Assembly (NCBI RefSeq): GCF_009834535.1
Contig: NC_045696.1
Span: forward strand, 50,532,001 to 50,596,000
Direction of reading: 5' to 3'
Source of the DNA: Camelus ferus
Taxonomy: Eukaryota
DNA: 64,000 bases
Made by a program: the position numbers and the translations under genes
The notes under the pieces: generated by a model
Database searches by the model: none
What the model was told of the DNA's origin: nothing
What the model saw: only the letters and a program-made list of their open reading frames with translations
Shown: positions 39,899-52,700 of the stretch, one piece after another
How the letters are laid out: each line of letters starts with the position of its first letter
Position numbering within the stretch: position 1 is the stretch's first letter

Positions 39899-40140
39899 TT
39901 TTTTTTTTAATTTTGTTTTGTATTGAAGTAGTTGATTTACAAAGTTAGTTTCAGGTGTACAGCAAAGTGATTTAGCTACACAAATACATACATATTTTTT
40001 TTTCAGATTCTTTTCCATTATATGTTATTACAAAAAATTGAATATAGTTCCCTGTGCTATACAGCAGGTCCTTGTTGTTTATCTATTTTATATATAGTAG
40101 TATGTATCTGTTAATCCCAAACTCCTAATTTATCCCTCTC
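39899..40140 (-). mobile_element. Short L1 3' end with near-perfect TSD
   Basis: Poly-T, then tattgaagtagttgatttaca...atatagttccctgtgctatacag; flanks tgtgcatctt / tgtccatctt. Confidence 0.85.
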
Positions 40141-41479
40141 TGTCCATCTTCTTTCTTAACCAGGGCCTGTTGCACATAATTCTCTTTGTTCCGAACATCA
40201 AATTATGACTATCAAACAATTTAATGTAGTAATCCAGTTCCTGTAGCAGCTGGATATGTCCACAAGTTAGTCAAGAGTGAGGTTCTGTCTCAAAGATAAG
40301 TCGATAGCTAGGCACTGGAATGAGCTAAATGTCCCCCTAATTCTTTAGGTTTGGGTCAGCAGTTCAAGACTATGTCTGTTCTATGGCTCCTTTATGTCAG
40401 GCACTGTGCTAGGGGCTGGGTACAGGGAAGTAATAAGACCTATAGCACTGTCAGTCCACAGGGATGTAACATTAGGAGACAGCGGGCGAGAAGGAGCTTG
40501 GGGAACCTTCCTCTCCACAGTCAGTTTGTCCTCTACATCGTCCAAGTGGGACTGTGACCAAGTATCTCTTCCAAGATTCTTTTTCATTGCTCTGTTTTTC
40601 TTGGAGAAAAAGTTTTTATGTCAGCAGCAGCAACTCTTTCGATGTGTTGAGTACTTATGCTAATCAGTGATCTGGCACCAGTTTACTGATTCTTTCGCCT
40701 GATTATTTATTATTTATAGAGTGTGGTAAATGCAGATGGCATTTTGGAAAGCACAGAACTCTGAGAATGAAACCCCGGCCTCAAGGCGTTGACTGTCTGA
40801 TTCAGACATAAACAAAACACTGAATAAACAGTGAGACATCTAGTTGAGTTGATGTGGCTGGAAAGGAAGAAAAAACTGGGAGACCAAGATAAAGAAGTGA
40901 GTTTTATGGAGAGAGTTGAAGAAGGAGAAGGGAGCATGAAAAATGTGAGCCATTTCAAGAAGCACACAAGAAAGATTACCAAACCAAGGGGTTAAAAAGG
41001 AAACAAGCAGTGAGGACAGAGTCCCAGGAGAAAGAATTCAATGAGGTTCCCTATTTGCGTTTTTTGGTGGGAGAGATGAGGGGCAGGGATGTCTGGGTGA
41101 AGAAAACTCTAATGATCATGGACAAAAGTGACAAGGTCACGGACTAGTGTTTAATTTCCAGAAAGGAAGAGAAAAAGAAGGCAGTTGGAAATGTGAGAAG
41201 ACGTGGAGGAAGTCTGAGTGAGAAGGGAAAGAAATGGAGAGTTCAGAAGATGAACTTGCAACATGGGTCAAGGAAGCTGGCCACTTCTGTTAACTGAGCC
41301 ATCTGCACTTGATTTTAACTTTCTGGGTTCAGAAATTTCCTCGTATTGATTTATCCAGAGATGACCATACTCTCAATATCTTACTCAAATTAATGAAATT
41401 CACAAAAGGCTCTTAAGTAAACAGAAATTTAGATTTATTGCTTCTGAGTGGATGGTATAGGTTGAAATTAACTGGGTAG

Positions 41480-41885
41480 GAAAAAAAAAACCACACAAAG
41501 AGTAAGCATAAGAGGGGTGGAATGGCTATATTAATATCAGATGAAATAGATTTCAAGACAGAATATTTCCAGAGATAAAGAGAGACATTGCATAATAAAG
41601 GAATCTATCCTACAGGAAGACATAAAATAATAAGTGAAAATATACAGAGCAAAAGTGAATGGAATCAAAGGCACAAATAGGCAAGTCCATAGTCACAGTT
41701 AGAAATATTTTAATGCAATTAATAGAATAATTTCTATTTCCTTTCTCAGCAATTGATATAACTAGACAAAAAATTAATGGAGACATAGGTGATTTGCACA
41801 ACACTATTGAACACCAACACTGTTGACCTAATTAATTTAGAACACTTCACTCAACATCTAGAGAACACACAGATTCTTTTCAAAA
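41480..41885 (+). mobile_element. Old L1 ORF2 endonuclease-region fragment
   Basis: gctatattaatatcagatgaaatagatttcaagac...gcaattgatataactagacaaaaaat. Confidence 0.75.
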
Positions 41886-44666
41886 ATGGGTGATATTTCT
41901 CACCTCAAAGCTTGTACAGGCTACCTGAATAAATTATGCCCACAATGTGGCAGAACATTTCAGTGTCACCCAGATCTCAGGTCCCTCATCCAAAGAGATT
42001 ACAGTTTACCCTACATTTGTTGCAGTCTTTCTGATTTTCAGGTAGTGGTTCTAGGTTCTTTAGTAAGACTTGAGAAATACTCTTATCAAACCTACAAATT
42101 TTCTTTGAAGCTGACTTGTTTTCAGAGACTGTATTGCTAATGTTAATTTCTTCAGGATAAACAGAGAAAATTCATTCTCCAGCACCAGCACAACATTCTG
42201 TGCCTGAGTCCTAAAAGACCTGGGTTCTTGTCTCTGCCCACCACCTCCCCAAATACACATACAGCTTCCTAGCTTTGTGACTTTGGACACATGACCTCTT
42301 TAAGCCTGACTCAGTTTCCTCCTCTGGAAAACTCTTAGGGCTATAATGAGGTTCAACTAAAAGGCTGTATGAAGCCTCTTTGTAAACTCTGAAGCACTAT
42401 ACAAATACCATGGAGCAATATTTTATTTTTTGCTTATACCACTTGGGGTACCTGTTCTCCCTAGAAAGGGAGTATGGGGCAGGTATCCTGCTTCTGCCTT
42501 GGAACACAAGTGAGTCAAGCCTAGTATGAGCAGAAATTGTATGATGAGAGAATAAAGTGAGGGTTGAAGGGTTTATTCAGAAGTAAAACCCATGAGAATA
42601 TTAGGTTCCACATCACAGGAAGGATGATAAGAAGTGTAATGGTCAGTGTTTTAAGTTTGCACAGGGAGACAAGGGGAAAGCTTGGGCTTAAAAATAAGAG
42701 TAAGCCACTGGAAATTTTGTTGAAGGAGATATTGGATGACATTGAGCCCAGGAATGATGAATTCTAGACCTCCTTCTACCATGGACTTTCTGAGTAACCT
42801 TGCACTAGAGATTTACTTTCCCCAAACTTGCTTTTCCACCATTTAGGCCATCTATAACTGTCCTGCGACAAATTTAATGTTTGTAAATGCTTTGAGCAAT
42901 TTGGAAGGATGAGGCTTTTAAGAAGACAACATATTATTCAGAAAAGAGAAGAATACAAAGTCTTCTGAACAAAGAAGACTTAGAGCATCTCCCTCAACAT
43001 GGCCTTTTCATGAGACTCCTCTTTTTGTCTTATAAGGAAAGAAAACCCAGTTGGGAGATGACTAACCCCACAGGCTAATCCCTTCCTTTAATGTTCTGGA
43101 CACACACTTTTCTCCTAAAGGAGCGCGTTGGAAAGTCATCATTTGGATTTCCTCATCGGTATAAGTGCATCCTTTCCTAGAAATACAATCGTGAAGTTTT
43201 TCAGGAAGCTGGCTGTGGGCCCAGCAGTCAGATGTTCTTCACCTTGGGCTTTGTGCAAATCACGGTGCTGTTCAACTTCCTTTCCTCATATGTACAAGTG
43301 GAATAGAAACGCTGCTCTCTGGGAGGTCAAGTGAAAATTGATTAGCTGTGTTTTCTTTAAGTTCCTCTCCATTGATATTTCAGCACTCTCTGTATCATTA
43401 ACTGGAAAAATGCTTTGGCATTAGTTCTGTCCCATGGCAAGGTTCTCAGTGGAAGTGGATAGGAAGGAATCTGGGAAGTTTACTGATCACTAAAGTTTGG
43501 GGATCCTGGTGACACTTCCTAAGCTTACATTTTAAGAAGGCACAAGAGACCTTTGCTGGATCTAGTAGCCACTTTCAACTGAGTGTTAGATTAAACACCA
43601 CAAATGTTTTTCTTTCTTTTCTCTCTCTTCCTCTTTCTTTGTTGATAGTTCTCTCTGAATCTCTCTGGGTTTCACTCTTTCTCATTCTCTCTGTTTCTCT
43701 CTCTCCTGTTTCCCTCCACTTTAGGGAACTTGTGAAAATGAAGGTTTAGCTGAGCATTTTAACAAAGTTAGCCACCTCGCAGCCTCACTGAGAAACACAG
43801 CACTTTAAATAGGAGTGTCGTCAAACTCATTAGCGTCCTCCTCCCCTTACCTCTTTGGCATCGGGTCGCTAACAAGTTACAATGTTCTCCTCTTTCCTCT
43901 CCAGTCGCCCTTGTTTCTGGGTTTTGTTCTCCTCTTCCTCATTTCTGCCTTGTTCTGCCTTGCTCGCTCGTCTTAAGAAGCCGGGGCTGCCCCTGCTGCC
44001 ACCACTGTCATCACTCCCTGGCAGACAGAAAGGCTAAAATGTCAAAAGATGCCTCGGTTGCCTCTGACAAAAGTGCAGATCAGCTCTGAAAAGGAATAAA
44101 TATGATAGGGGGCACAATAATCACAGTGTGCACTTGTTAACTACTAAACTCCAGCGGGAGCTGGGGGCAGGGAGGGAGGGAACCGTGGAGAATAGAGGCT
44201 GCCTGGGCAGGAGCCCCCGGGGGAGAGAGTAGAGGGGGTCCTCCAGCAGCAACCATCAATTCTGTGCACTGGTTTTGTTTGGATTTGTGAGGTCTGAACT
44301 GAGGCTCAGCTGATGGGGCAGGGGGATGGCGAGGAGGTGAATAAGGGATTTTACCCAAACCAGTGACTCTGAATGGAGGTCTTGGGCTCTGTTGAGGGGG
44401 CCTCGGCAGTGGGAGCGTGAAAAGAGGGTCTTTGGGCTGTTGGGGGGTAGTGTGGGTTGGGTGGGGGCTAGGGGAGCATTTTGAGGTGGGAGGGGTAGGG
44501 GGAAGGAGGAAAATAGCACAATAATGGGCAAAAGGAGGCCAGCTTCTGAGCTCTCCTTTCTAACAATGAGTCCCATGTGGTTCTCTTTATCTCAGCCATT
44601 CAGGAGTCAATAGAGAGAGCTTTTTTATTTTCAACTCTAAGGGTACAGCCACCCCCCAGCCCCCAT

Positions 44667-44685
44667 CACACACACCACACACACG

Positions 44686-44718
<33 letters not shown>
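44667..44718. repeat. (CA)n microsatellite
   Basis: Read directly from the sequence. Confidence 0.95.
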
Positions 44719-44724
<6 letters not shown>

Positions 44725-45914
44725 CTAAAAGTGTGGGCTATAGAGCAAGAAGTTGGAAATGTCTGAAAAGCTCAGTGCAGATTTGCTGAATTTTGTGTCC
44801 TCTTGCCAGAACTGCATGTAAGGGACATTCAGGCCACAGCCATCCTCACCACTGCTCTGCCTCTCTTCTCTCTGCACCCTCACAGTCAGCCTGTAATCCC
44901 TCTTTCCTCTGTTACACACCCCTCCTCTCCTTCTGTGGATTCCTTGACTCTTTAGAAAGACAGGAGTTGTATGATGTCAGGGAAAGGAGATCCATGATGG
45001 GGTGACGGTTGTTTTTAACCAAAATAAGCCAGAAAAGATGCTAGCAAAACCAAGCCTGAAATCTAGTCTTTTTCAGTGTGTAGAAAACAACAAACAACAA
45101 CATTATTTTTGATGGGGGATTTCTGTGACATGGTAAGCCCTGACTTGGACCAGTCGATCCCTTTCAATTTGTTCCTACGTTTGTCACTGCGGTGGCCACA
45201 GCCTCTGAATCTACTCAGCCTGATAAAAAGTAATTTGTCTGTTTTTCAAAGAATATAGTTATGGATTCTCATGGGATACAGGAGTTTGAATAGGTACAAC
45301 ATTCTTAACCAGGAGTGGAAGCTTTAAAAAATATAGATTCCAGGCCTCATCACTAAAAGATTCTGATTCAGTAGCTCTGAATGGGGCTCAGGGTGTGTGA
45401 GTTTGTGTGTGTGTGTGTGTGTTTTGGATCAGAGAGGCATTAGCTGAATAGTGGTCACCAGCACTAGTCCAGTGCCAGGCAGATTGCTTGACTCAGATCC
45501 ACCTGACCAGGTGAAGGCTCTTTGCTACCGAGCAGTGTGGCTGAATGAAAAAACTGGGAAGGGAGGAAATGATCATTTTCATTGTCCAACAGTGAAGGTA
45601 AGGGGAAGGAGTCATCAAAAATGACATAACATCAAGCAATTGCTGAATGCCACACGGGTCCTCCAAGAAGTGGAAGCAGAAATGAGACTCTGTTGTCTTA
45701 AGCAACTTGGCCAAGGCCACACAGCTGATAAGTGGCAGGGCCAGAATGCCTCCCCAGGCTTACATGATCTGAACAGCATGCTCTGGAGTGGGGGCAGACG
45801 CCAGCAGCGGGGCAGCAGCACTCAAAAGCAGACTTCCACTCAGCCCATAAGAATACTTCTAAGGCCCAGCCACACACTCTGTCTGTGAGTCGTGGAGTGG
45901 CTCTTAGCAAGGCC

Positions 45915-46315
45915 TCCATGATGACTACACTTAACAACCCTGTATTGTGTATTTGAAAGTTGCTAAGAGAACAGATCTGAGAAGTTCTCATAATGAGGGA
46001 AAAAAATTATAACTACATAAAGGGGGAGGGCATAGCTCAGTGGCAGAGTGTGTGCTTAGCACGGATGAGGTCCTGGGTTCAATCCCCGGCACCTCCATTA
46101 AAATGAGTAAGTAAGCCTAATTACCTCCCCGCCATAACAAAAACAAAAAAAGGACACAATAAATAAATAAATCATAACTACATAGAGTGATGTGTGTTAA
46201 CTGATCTTGTTGTGATCATTTTGCAGTATATGTACACCTAGGTCAAATCATTATGTTGTACACTTTAAACTTCTACAATGTTACATGTGCATTATATCTC
46301 AGTATACCTGGGGGT
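45915..46315 (+). mobile_element. L1MA-type 3' end, interrupted by a SINE
   Basis: tttgaaagttgctaagaga...tcaaatcattatgttgtacactttaaac. Confidence 0.8.
46022..46172 (+). mobile_element. Camelid tRNA-Ala-derived SINE (Vic-1-like) with TSD
   Basis: A box tagctcagtgg, B box ggttcaatcc, (AAAT)n tail; TSD ataactacata at 46009-46019 and 46174-46184. Confidence 0.92.
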
Positions 46316-47480
46316 GGGGGAGGAGCAAATAATTTTTGTTTTAAAGAACTCTGGACTTCTTCTCACCTCTCACAAATCTCATTTCTTAATACAGCTTGCT
46401 CTGCTGGGCAAAATACCCCATGCCAGGGGTAGAGGAAAAATGAGTATGGCTTTCAGATCTTCCTCTGAGCAGGGAAATGAATATAGCTTTCAGGTCTCTC
46501 TCACATGAAAGGGAAATCACAGGCACCCTTTCCTTGGCTCCATCTCCAGTGTCTTGAAGGTGCAGCTGTGTGGCTTGGCTGTGAAGACTGGGGAGAATGT
46601 GAAGGAATGTGAAGAAGGAAGGAGAGGAGACCACCCCCATTCTGCCGTCCTGGCCGCTTCTTAACCAGCTCTTGTCCAATATTTGATGTCCAAGCTCTTC
46701 TGCACAGTGTGGATGTGCTCACGGGTTCAGATGTGCTTCTCCCCTCCCTCTAACTGCACGGAAGCTCAAGGGCAGAACACTGCCAAGTACTCCTGCATCC
46801 CCAACAAGCCCAAGCCCAGTGCAGGACATGTGGTGCTCAGTTAGTTACTAGCCTTTGCTTGATTTCCAACAAGTGCCTTTTGAATTGGGATGCTCGTGGT
46901 CTCCAGATTGTTTTTATTCACCATTCCTAATCATCTTCCTCTTGCTGGTGTGCTCTAGTTTCTGGATCATCCCAGTTGAGGTGTTTGAACTCCTTGTGGA
47001 CCCAATGGCCCAAGACTTCGGTGCTGCCTTCAGCTCCTGGCATTCTGGTGCCTTCTTCACTTTCCCCAGCCTGTTGTGTTGGCTCGTCATCCCCGAGTCC
47101 AGCCCACTGTCCTTAGGTGTGTGTCTGCGCTTACTTGGCACATTCATGCTCCTCTCAACTCTTTAGCAATGCTTCCTGTTCTCCTGTTGCCAGTTTCTTA
47201 TGGAGAGTCCCAACCCTCTCCATTCTTCCACTTTACCTCCAGACCCAGAGCTTGAAAATCATCTCAAATGCTACTTTACTGAGGTGGTGGGGCCTCCGGG
47301 AGCCTGAATATTCCATCTCTGCTCCCCGCTTCTTCCAGATATGTGGAGGCAGGTTTGTTGGAGGTTTTTTTGTTTTGTTTTGCTTGGGGGGGGTCACCAT
47401 TTATAGGGCTTACCTCTTTAACAAAGGGCCTATCACCTTCAGGAATTTGCCTCCTCAAATTCCTGTCCCTCTGCAGTTTT

Positions 47481-47607
47481 TTTGTTGGGGTGGTGGTGGT
47501 AACTAGGTTCATTTATTTATTTAATTTGTTAATGGAGGTACTGGGGATTGAACCCAGGACCTCGTGCATGCTGAGCTCACGCTGTACCACTGAGCTATAC
47601 CCTCACC
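47481..47607 (-). mobile_element. Camelid tRNA-Ala-derived SINE (Vic-1-like) with TSD
   Basis: tggaggtactggggattgaacccagg...ccactgagctataccctc; flanks tgtccctctgcagtttt / tgttcctctacagtttt. Confidence 0.92.
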
Positions 47608-47629
47608 TGTTCCTCTACAGTTTTTAGAT

Positions 47630-48930
47630 ACCACCAACTTTTCTCTCCTTTTTTTTCCCCATCTCCTTAATCAATAAACAAAGAAACCCATGCCACCACT
47701 ATAGTAAATTAAAAGACAAAAGCACTTGCTCTTACATTCCCCTTCAGTTTCCATCCTATTTTTCCTTTCATCTAAACGATAAGTTCTACTGTGTTATGAC
47801 TTGGTCATGCCTTAATCTCTTGCCATCTGGTTTCCCCCCTTTCGCTCTGCATTGCCCTTACTGGGAGGGGCAGTAGGAACCTTGAAGGCTCTTTCCTTCA
47901 TCTCACCGTGCTTGGTTCTCTGCTGCATAGGATGCTGTGGCCACGCCCTCTTCCTTTCACTTCTTTAATACTCTGTGTGCCTCTATTTCTTCCACTACTG
48001 CTATTTCTCCATCCAGGCCACACATACAGACCTTTCCTAAGATTCAGTCTGTGCATGTTTCTCCTCGGAGATGACTTTGACCTACAAGGCTCCAGTTATG
48101 ACCATGTCTCAGCAGGTCACACTGTCACACTTCCAATTGTCTGTTGGATTTTTCTCCTTGTTCATCCTACTATTACTTACAACTTAAAATATCTCAAATT
48201 GAGCTTATCTTCCCCTCTAAACTGTTCAGTTTCTATCCTACTGCCCTGAAGCCTCGAGGTCACTGACTATCCATTAATATCCCATCAATCATTAAAGTCT
48301 ATGACTCCTTTAGGTCAACCCTCAGTCCCATCTATTCAGTTCCCTTCACCACCTTCCTAATTCTGGCCCTTATCCCTGACACTTGGACAATTGAAATTAC
48401 TCTATTAAAATACTTCTGTTAAAATGTACTTTTCTATTTAGAACATCCAGTGGTTCCATATAATTTACAGAATCAAGTCCAACCTTAGCCTAACATTCAA
48501 GACCTTTTTTAATCTGATCCCAACTTTGTGTTCCCGCTGTTTATCCCACTACTGCATTTCCCTTAAACAAATTCATCACTCCTGCAAACTGTTCTGCTCC
48601 TAAGCTCCCATTTTATGTTCTCTTTTATCCACATAATTGCTTTGTCCTTCCTGAGAAACTCATCCCTCTTATTCTCGTCTCTCCTGACCTTCAAATTCCA
48701 ATTCAAATCCTACTTTTCAGAAAACCTTCCTTGACCATCTCAATCTAAATTAATCTCTTTTTTACCGTAAAATTCCTTTAACTCCCATAAATTCCTGGCA
48801 GTTTATGAAGTTATATAAAATTACATTTTAGATTTTAAATGCTGCTGAATTTTTTGTTATCTTCCTAAACTAGATAGTCTGCTATGTTTATATCTGGACC
48901 CCCAGCTGACACCTATCTCAGGCTTAGGAA
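47630..48930 (+). mobile_element. Degenerate L2 LINE
   Basis: L2-like RT-region and 3' motifs (cagaatcaagtccaa...ttcaagacctt; aaaccttccttgacc). Confidence 0.6.
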
Positions 48931-49604
48931 ATATTAGCTGTTCTCTTCTGAGTTTTCCTAAGTTTATAAATACAATTTTGCCACTGTAAATTAAGTCCCA
49001 AGCCTGTGTGTTTATGAGAGCACACACCTTGGATAAGGTTAACTATGTGCTGGTGTGGATACTTTGTTGGACTTCTTTTCAGACAAAATCTTACTGATTG
49101 GCTACCAGTGGAACTATATGTACATACCCCATCTTTTCTTTTTGCCTTTTCCTTAGCAGGTAGGAAAGAAGCAAAGTAGACAGCTAGTGTATTCTTTTTC
49201 AAGTTAACCTCATTTCTCATTCACTGGCTAATTTCTTTCTTCATGTTGAAGTAACTCTGCTGTTCAAAGAAAAAAAAAAAGAAAGAAAAAGAAAAAGGAA
49301 TTTTGTAATAGAATCTGATTGAAGTATGTAGAAAAAAATGGAAGTTTATCCTGGACAAACAGCTTTAGTATATCTAGATCATAAATTAATTTACTATTTC
49401 CAAGCACCACCCATGCTCATTTACCAAAAAGGAAAGATGAGAATCCTAGCTATAAATACATCTTTTTCTCTTATGTGAGGCATCAAAATCTTTGTTAGTG
49501 AGACTTTTGCTTCTTTAATTCAGGTTACGTTCAGCCCATCTTCACAAGGCTATCTCCATTTCTTGCCAAGTTGGTAAAGTAATGTCTTATGACTGACTTA
49601 GTGT

Positions 49605-49735
49605 ATCAGTGGGCCAGAGCAAAGGCATCATCTGGGAGCTTGTGAGAAATGCAGAATCTCAGTACACCCCTGAGAATTGGCATCTTCACAAGATTGCCAG
49701 TTGATTCGCATTCACATGAAAGTTTGAAAAGCACT
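49605..49735. mobile_element. MER5-type MITE
   Basis: gcatcatctgggagcttgtgagaaatgcagaatctcag...aagtttgaaaagcact. Confidence 0.75.
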
Positions 49736-52700
49736 AAGTAAAGCAGATTTGATCATCAGACACGTTGGAAATTCATCTCAGGTGGCATGAATGTGATGCT
49801 TGATGGTTCTGCAGGAAGCTTAAAGCAAATGTGTGGGTGTTGATGAGTTGACAATATAAGACAGTTAACTCATGTGCCAGACTGCAAGGGCCCTAAAGGA
49901 AATGCCTGCATCCTTCCTTTCGGGCTCAGTAAATCCCTCCAAGATTTACAGTCCACCTAGCCCTCACTTGTTCTGTCACTTCGCTCTCCTCCTGGAACTT
50001 CTCCCTCTGCCTTTCTGCAGATGTCTGCCTTAGACAGCTGACAGTGAGTTCCTGCTGCTGCCCTTGGGTGCCTCTCGACACAGTGCACAAGGCCAGGCTG
50101 CAGGAGAGGAAGGGCCTGGAACGGTGTATCACCCAGGCAGGAATTGCCCCAGGGAGCATTCTTCTCTAGTATATCATCTGCTGCTGTCTTTACTCTGTCA
50201 TCTTTCTTAAACCCATCTGGAGAAATGTAATCTCTTTAAGCATTGTATTTATTTTCTGTTGGGGGTTATTTTCCTGTTAGGCTTTTCTTAGTGTATCTTC
50301 ATTTTGAATGGTTAAAAAAATAAATAAATAAAAGACTGGTACTCAGATAAAAGAGCAAAGACAGCAGACCAGGAAGAGGCAAACCATTTTGGTGTGATGC
50401 TGGGCTCTCCTTCATCCGGAGAACCGCCAGTGGCCTTTCTTACATGGGTTTTTTATTCATGCATTCGTTTTCAACAAATATTATTGAGCTCGAAATTGTG
50501 TTAGATGCTGTTCTATAGAGTGCAGGTATGTTGGTGAGCCGAACAAAGTCTCTTTGTCTTTCCATGATAAATATTTGGGTGGCTAAGGAAAGGGAGAGAG
50601 ACAAGAAAAATGAGCAAAACAAAATCCCTGGCCTCACGTCTCCAGAGTGGAATGAGCTAGGCACAGAGATGAGGAGGGGGTGGGGGGGGAAATGTGGGAA
50701 AGTGGAGGAGAGGAAGGCAAGACGTAGAGAAAGAAGTCAGAGAGCCGTGGGACTGGTAGGGGATGACCGACCCAGCCACTGGCCAAGCCCTTGCCCTCAC
50801 AGCGCAGTGGGCTCCCACCCCTAGTCTGTGGCCAGAGACAGTGAATTTGTTCTTTGAAGGGAAGAGAGCTGCAGAAGGAAAACACACTAATAAGCCAGAG
50901 GCAAAAGAGGCACTTAGTAACAAGAAACCTTCGGAAGAAAGGAAGTTAGGAATCAGATTCTAGCAAAGATATAAGCTGGAATTCTACAGCTTGCTAATTT
51001 TCAGAGGTTATTAGGGACACATCAGAGCTCCCTGCTCCCAGAGTTCTCACAGTCCTGTGCAAGAGACTCACAGATACGTCGGGGTGTGAATATGGGATCG
51101 TATGTGTATATGATGTGTGTTGGGACCGTGGGGGGCGCGGCACTTGGGCAGAGGGAAAGAAAGAAGGGAAGGCCATAAAAAGCCTTGCTGAGAAAGGTAT
51201 TTCTTGTGCACAAAAAAGAAGCAGGCCCCTTGCTCCCTGCTGAGCCCATTTCTCCTGCCTTTACCCGAGCTGTCAGGCATGAATCCCGGTAGCATTCCGT
51301 AACTAATTGACAGTAATGGGGGCCATTGGGAGTCTAAGAATACGTGGCATTGCCCGGCATGCACTGGAAAGAAGGAGCGGGGGCTGCCTCGGGGCAGCTG
51401 TGGGGAAAATAAAGGCTGTCTTGTAAACTTTTTTTAACTTGAAGGTAGGAGGTAGAAAGTAGGCAGGAGCAGATCGAGGCAAACTTCTACTTTAGCCTGA
51501 AAATAAAAAATTGTGATCTCATCTCTTATCCCGAGTGAACATCCCAGGATAGTAAGTTTGCCACAGAGAAGAAACAGATGGAATTTCAATTAACCCCAGG
51601 GCCCCCTGTGAAATCTATATTGTACCCTGTGGATTTACAACATATTGTAATATATGACTGCAGGCTCCGGAGATTCCATCGCAAATCAACCCTCTTTATT
51701 CCAGGGGTTCAGATAACGGCTACAAAGGCCCACTTTAGAATCAAAAGTGGCCAACTTTTTACAACTTCATCCTCACAGTTGAAATTTTTAATTTTACAAC
51801 ATATCTTAATTATTTGAGCAGGCTCATGTTTTTTTAAGAGGGGACATTTTTTTTTCCCGTCTATTAATGATGATGTCTGTGTGCTAAAACTGTTGACCCC
51901 TAAATAGAAAATTGGAAAAGGTACACTGTTATCACACCTTCAAGAATGATTCAGCACAGACCTGTGGTAAATTATCCCCCAAGGATTTTTATGTTTTAAA
52001 AATTCTTACCTTTCCAGAATGTGATTTTTAGTAGTAAAGATATTCAAAACAAAAATCAAAGCAGTTACCTCGGCTATGAATAGCACGCGAAGTCGTAAAC
52101 GCTGAAATAACTTTTAAGAATTCCAAGTTGCTTTTCAAAACCAGAATTGTTTACCAGGTACTTACAAACTTAAGGCTTTGACTTTTTTTTCTTTTCTTGT
52201 ATTGTTGGCCTTGCCTTTTTGCATTTGTTCTTCATTTCAAAAATAGTATTTGCATAAGCATTCAGCTTTTCCCACGCACACAAAAAGTTTCCAAATTAAT
52301 TTTGGCTTTTTGATACTAGGGATAAATTTTCAGCACATTTTGCTCAGCAGACTACTTTTCCCTAAAATTGCACTTCGCCTCAAATCTGTCAGGACCTTCT
52401 GCGGAGGCCAGTTTCCTCCCTGCAGTAGAGCAGACTCCACTCTCCAGGTTGCTGCTTGGTTATCCAGCATCGTTTTATGGAAGATTCGCCCCCAGACTCC
52501 TGGGGAATATCTCTAGGAATCCAGATAAGCAAAGTCCTGTTCTTTGATAAAAAAATCATTTTGGAGAATTGAAATGTGTCTTTTTATAAGAGGGTTAAGG
52601 AGTTGAAATATAATGTGAGGTGTCTTCCTCTGTAAGGTCACCATGAGGAACTGAGGACCAGAGAACTGAGACCAGTGTTCCTTGGGAACACAGTCTGTTA

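Noticed and set aside
46026..46097. tRNA-Ala(AGC)-like sequence
   Set aside because: It is the head of a SINE: it has the SINE body, an A-rich tail, a TSD and mismatched stems.
46855..47512. Cluster of overlapping ORFs suggesting a retrocopy
   Set aside because: No recognisable protein, polyA tail or TSD of its own; adjacent to decayed LINE and SINE sequence.
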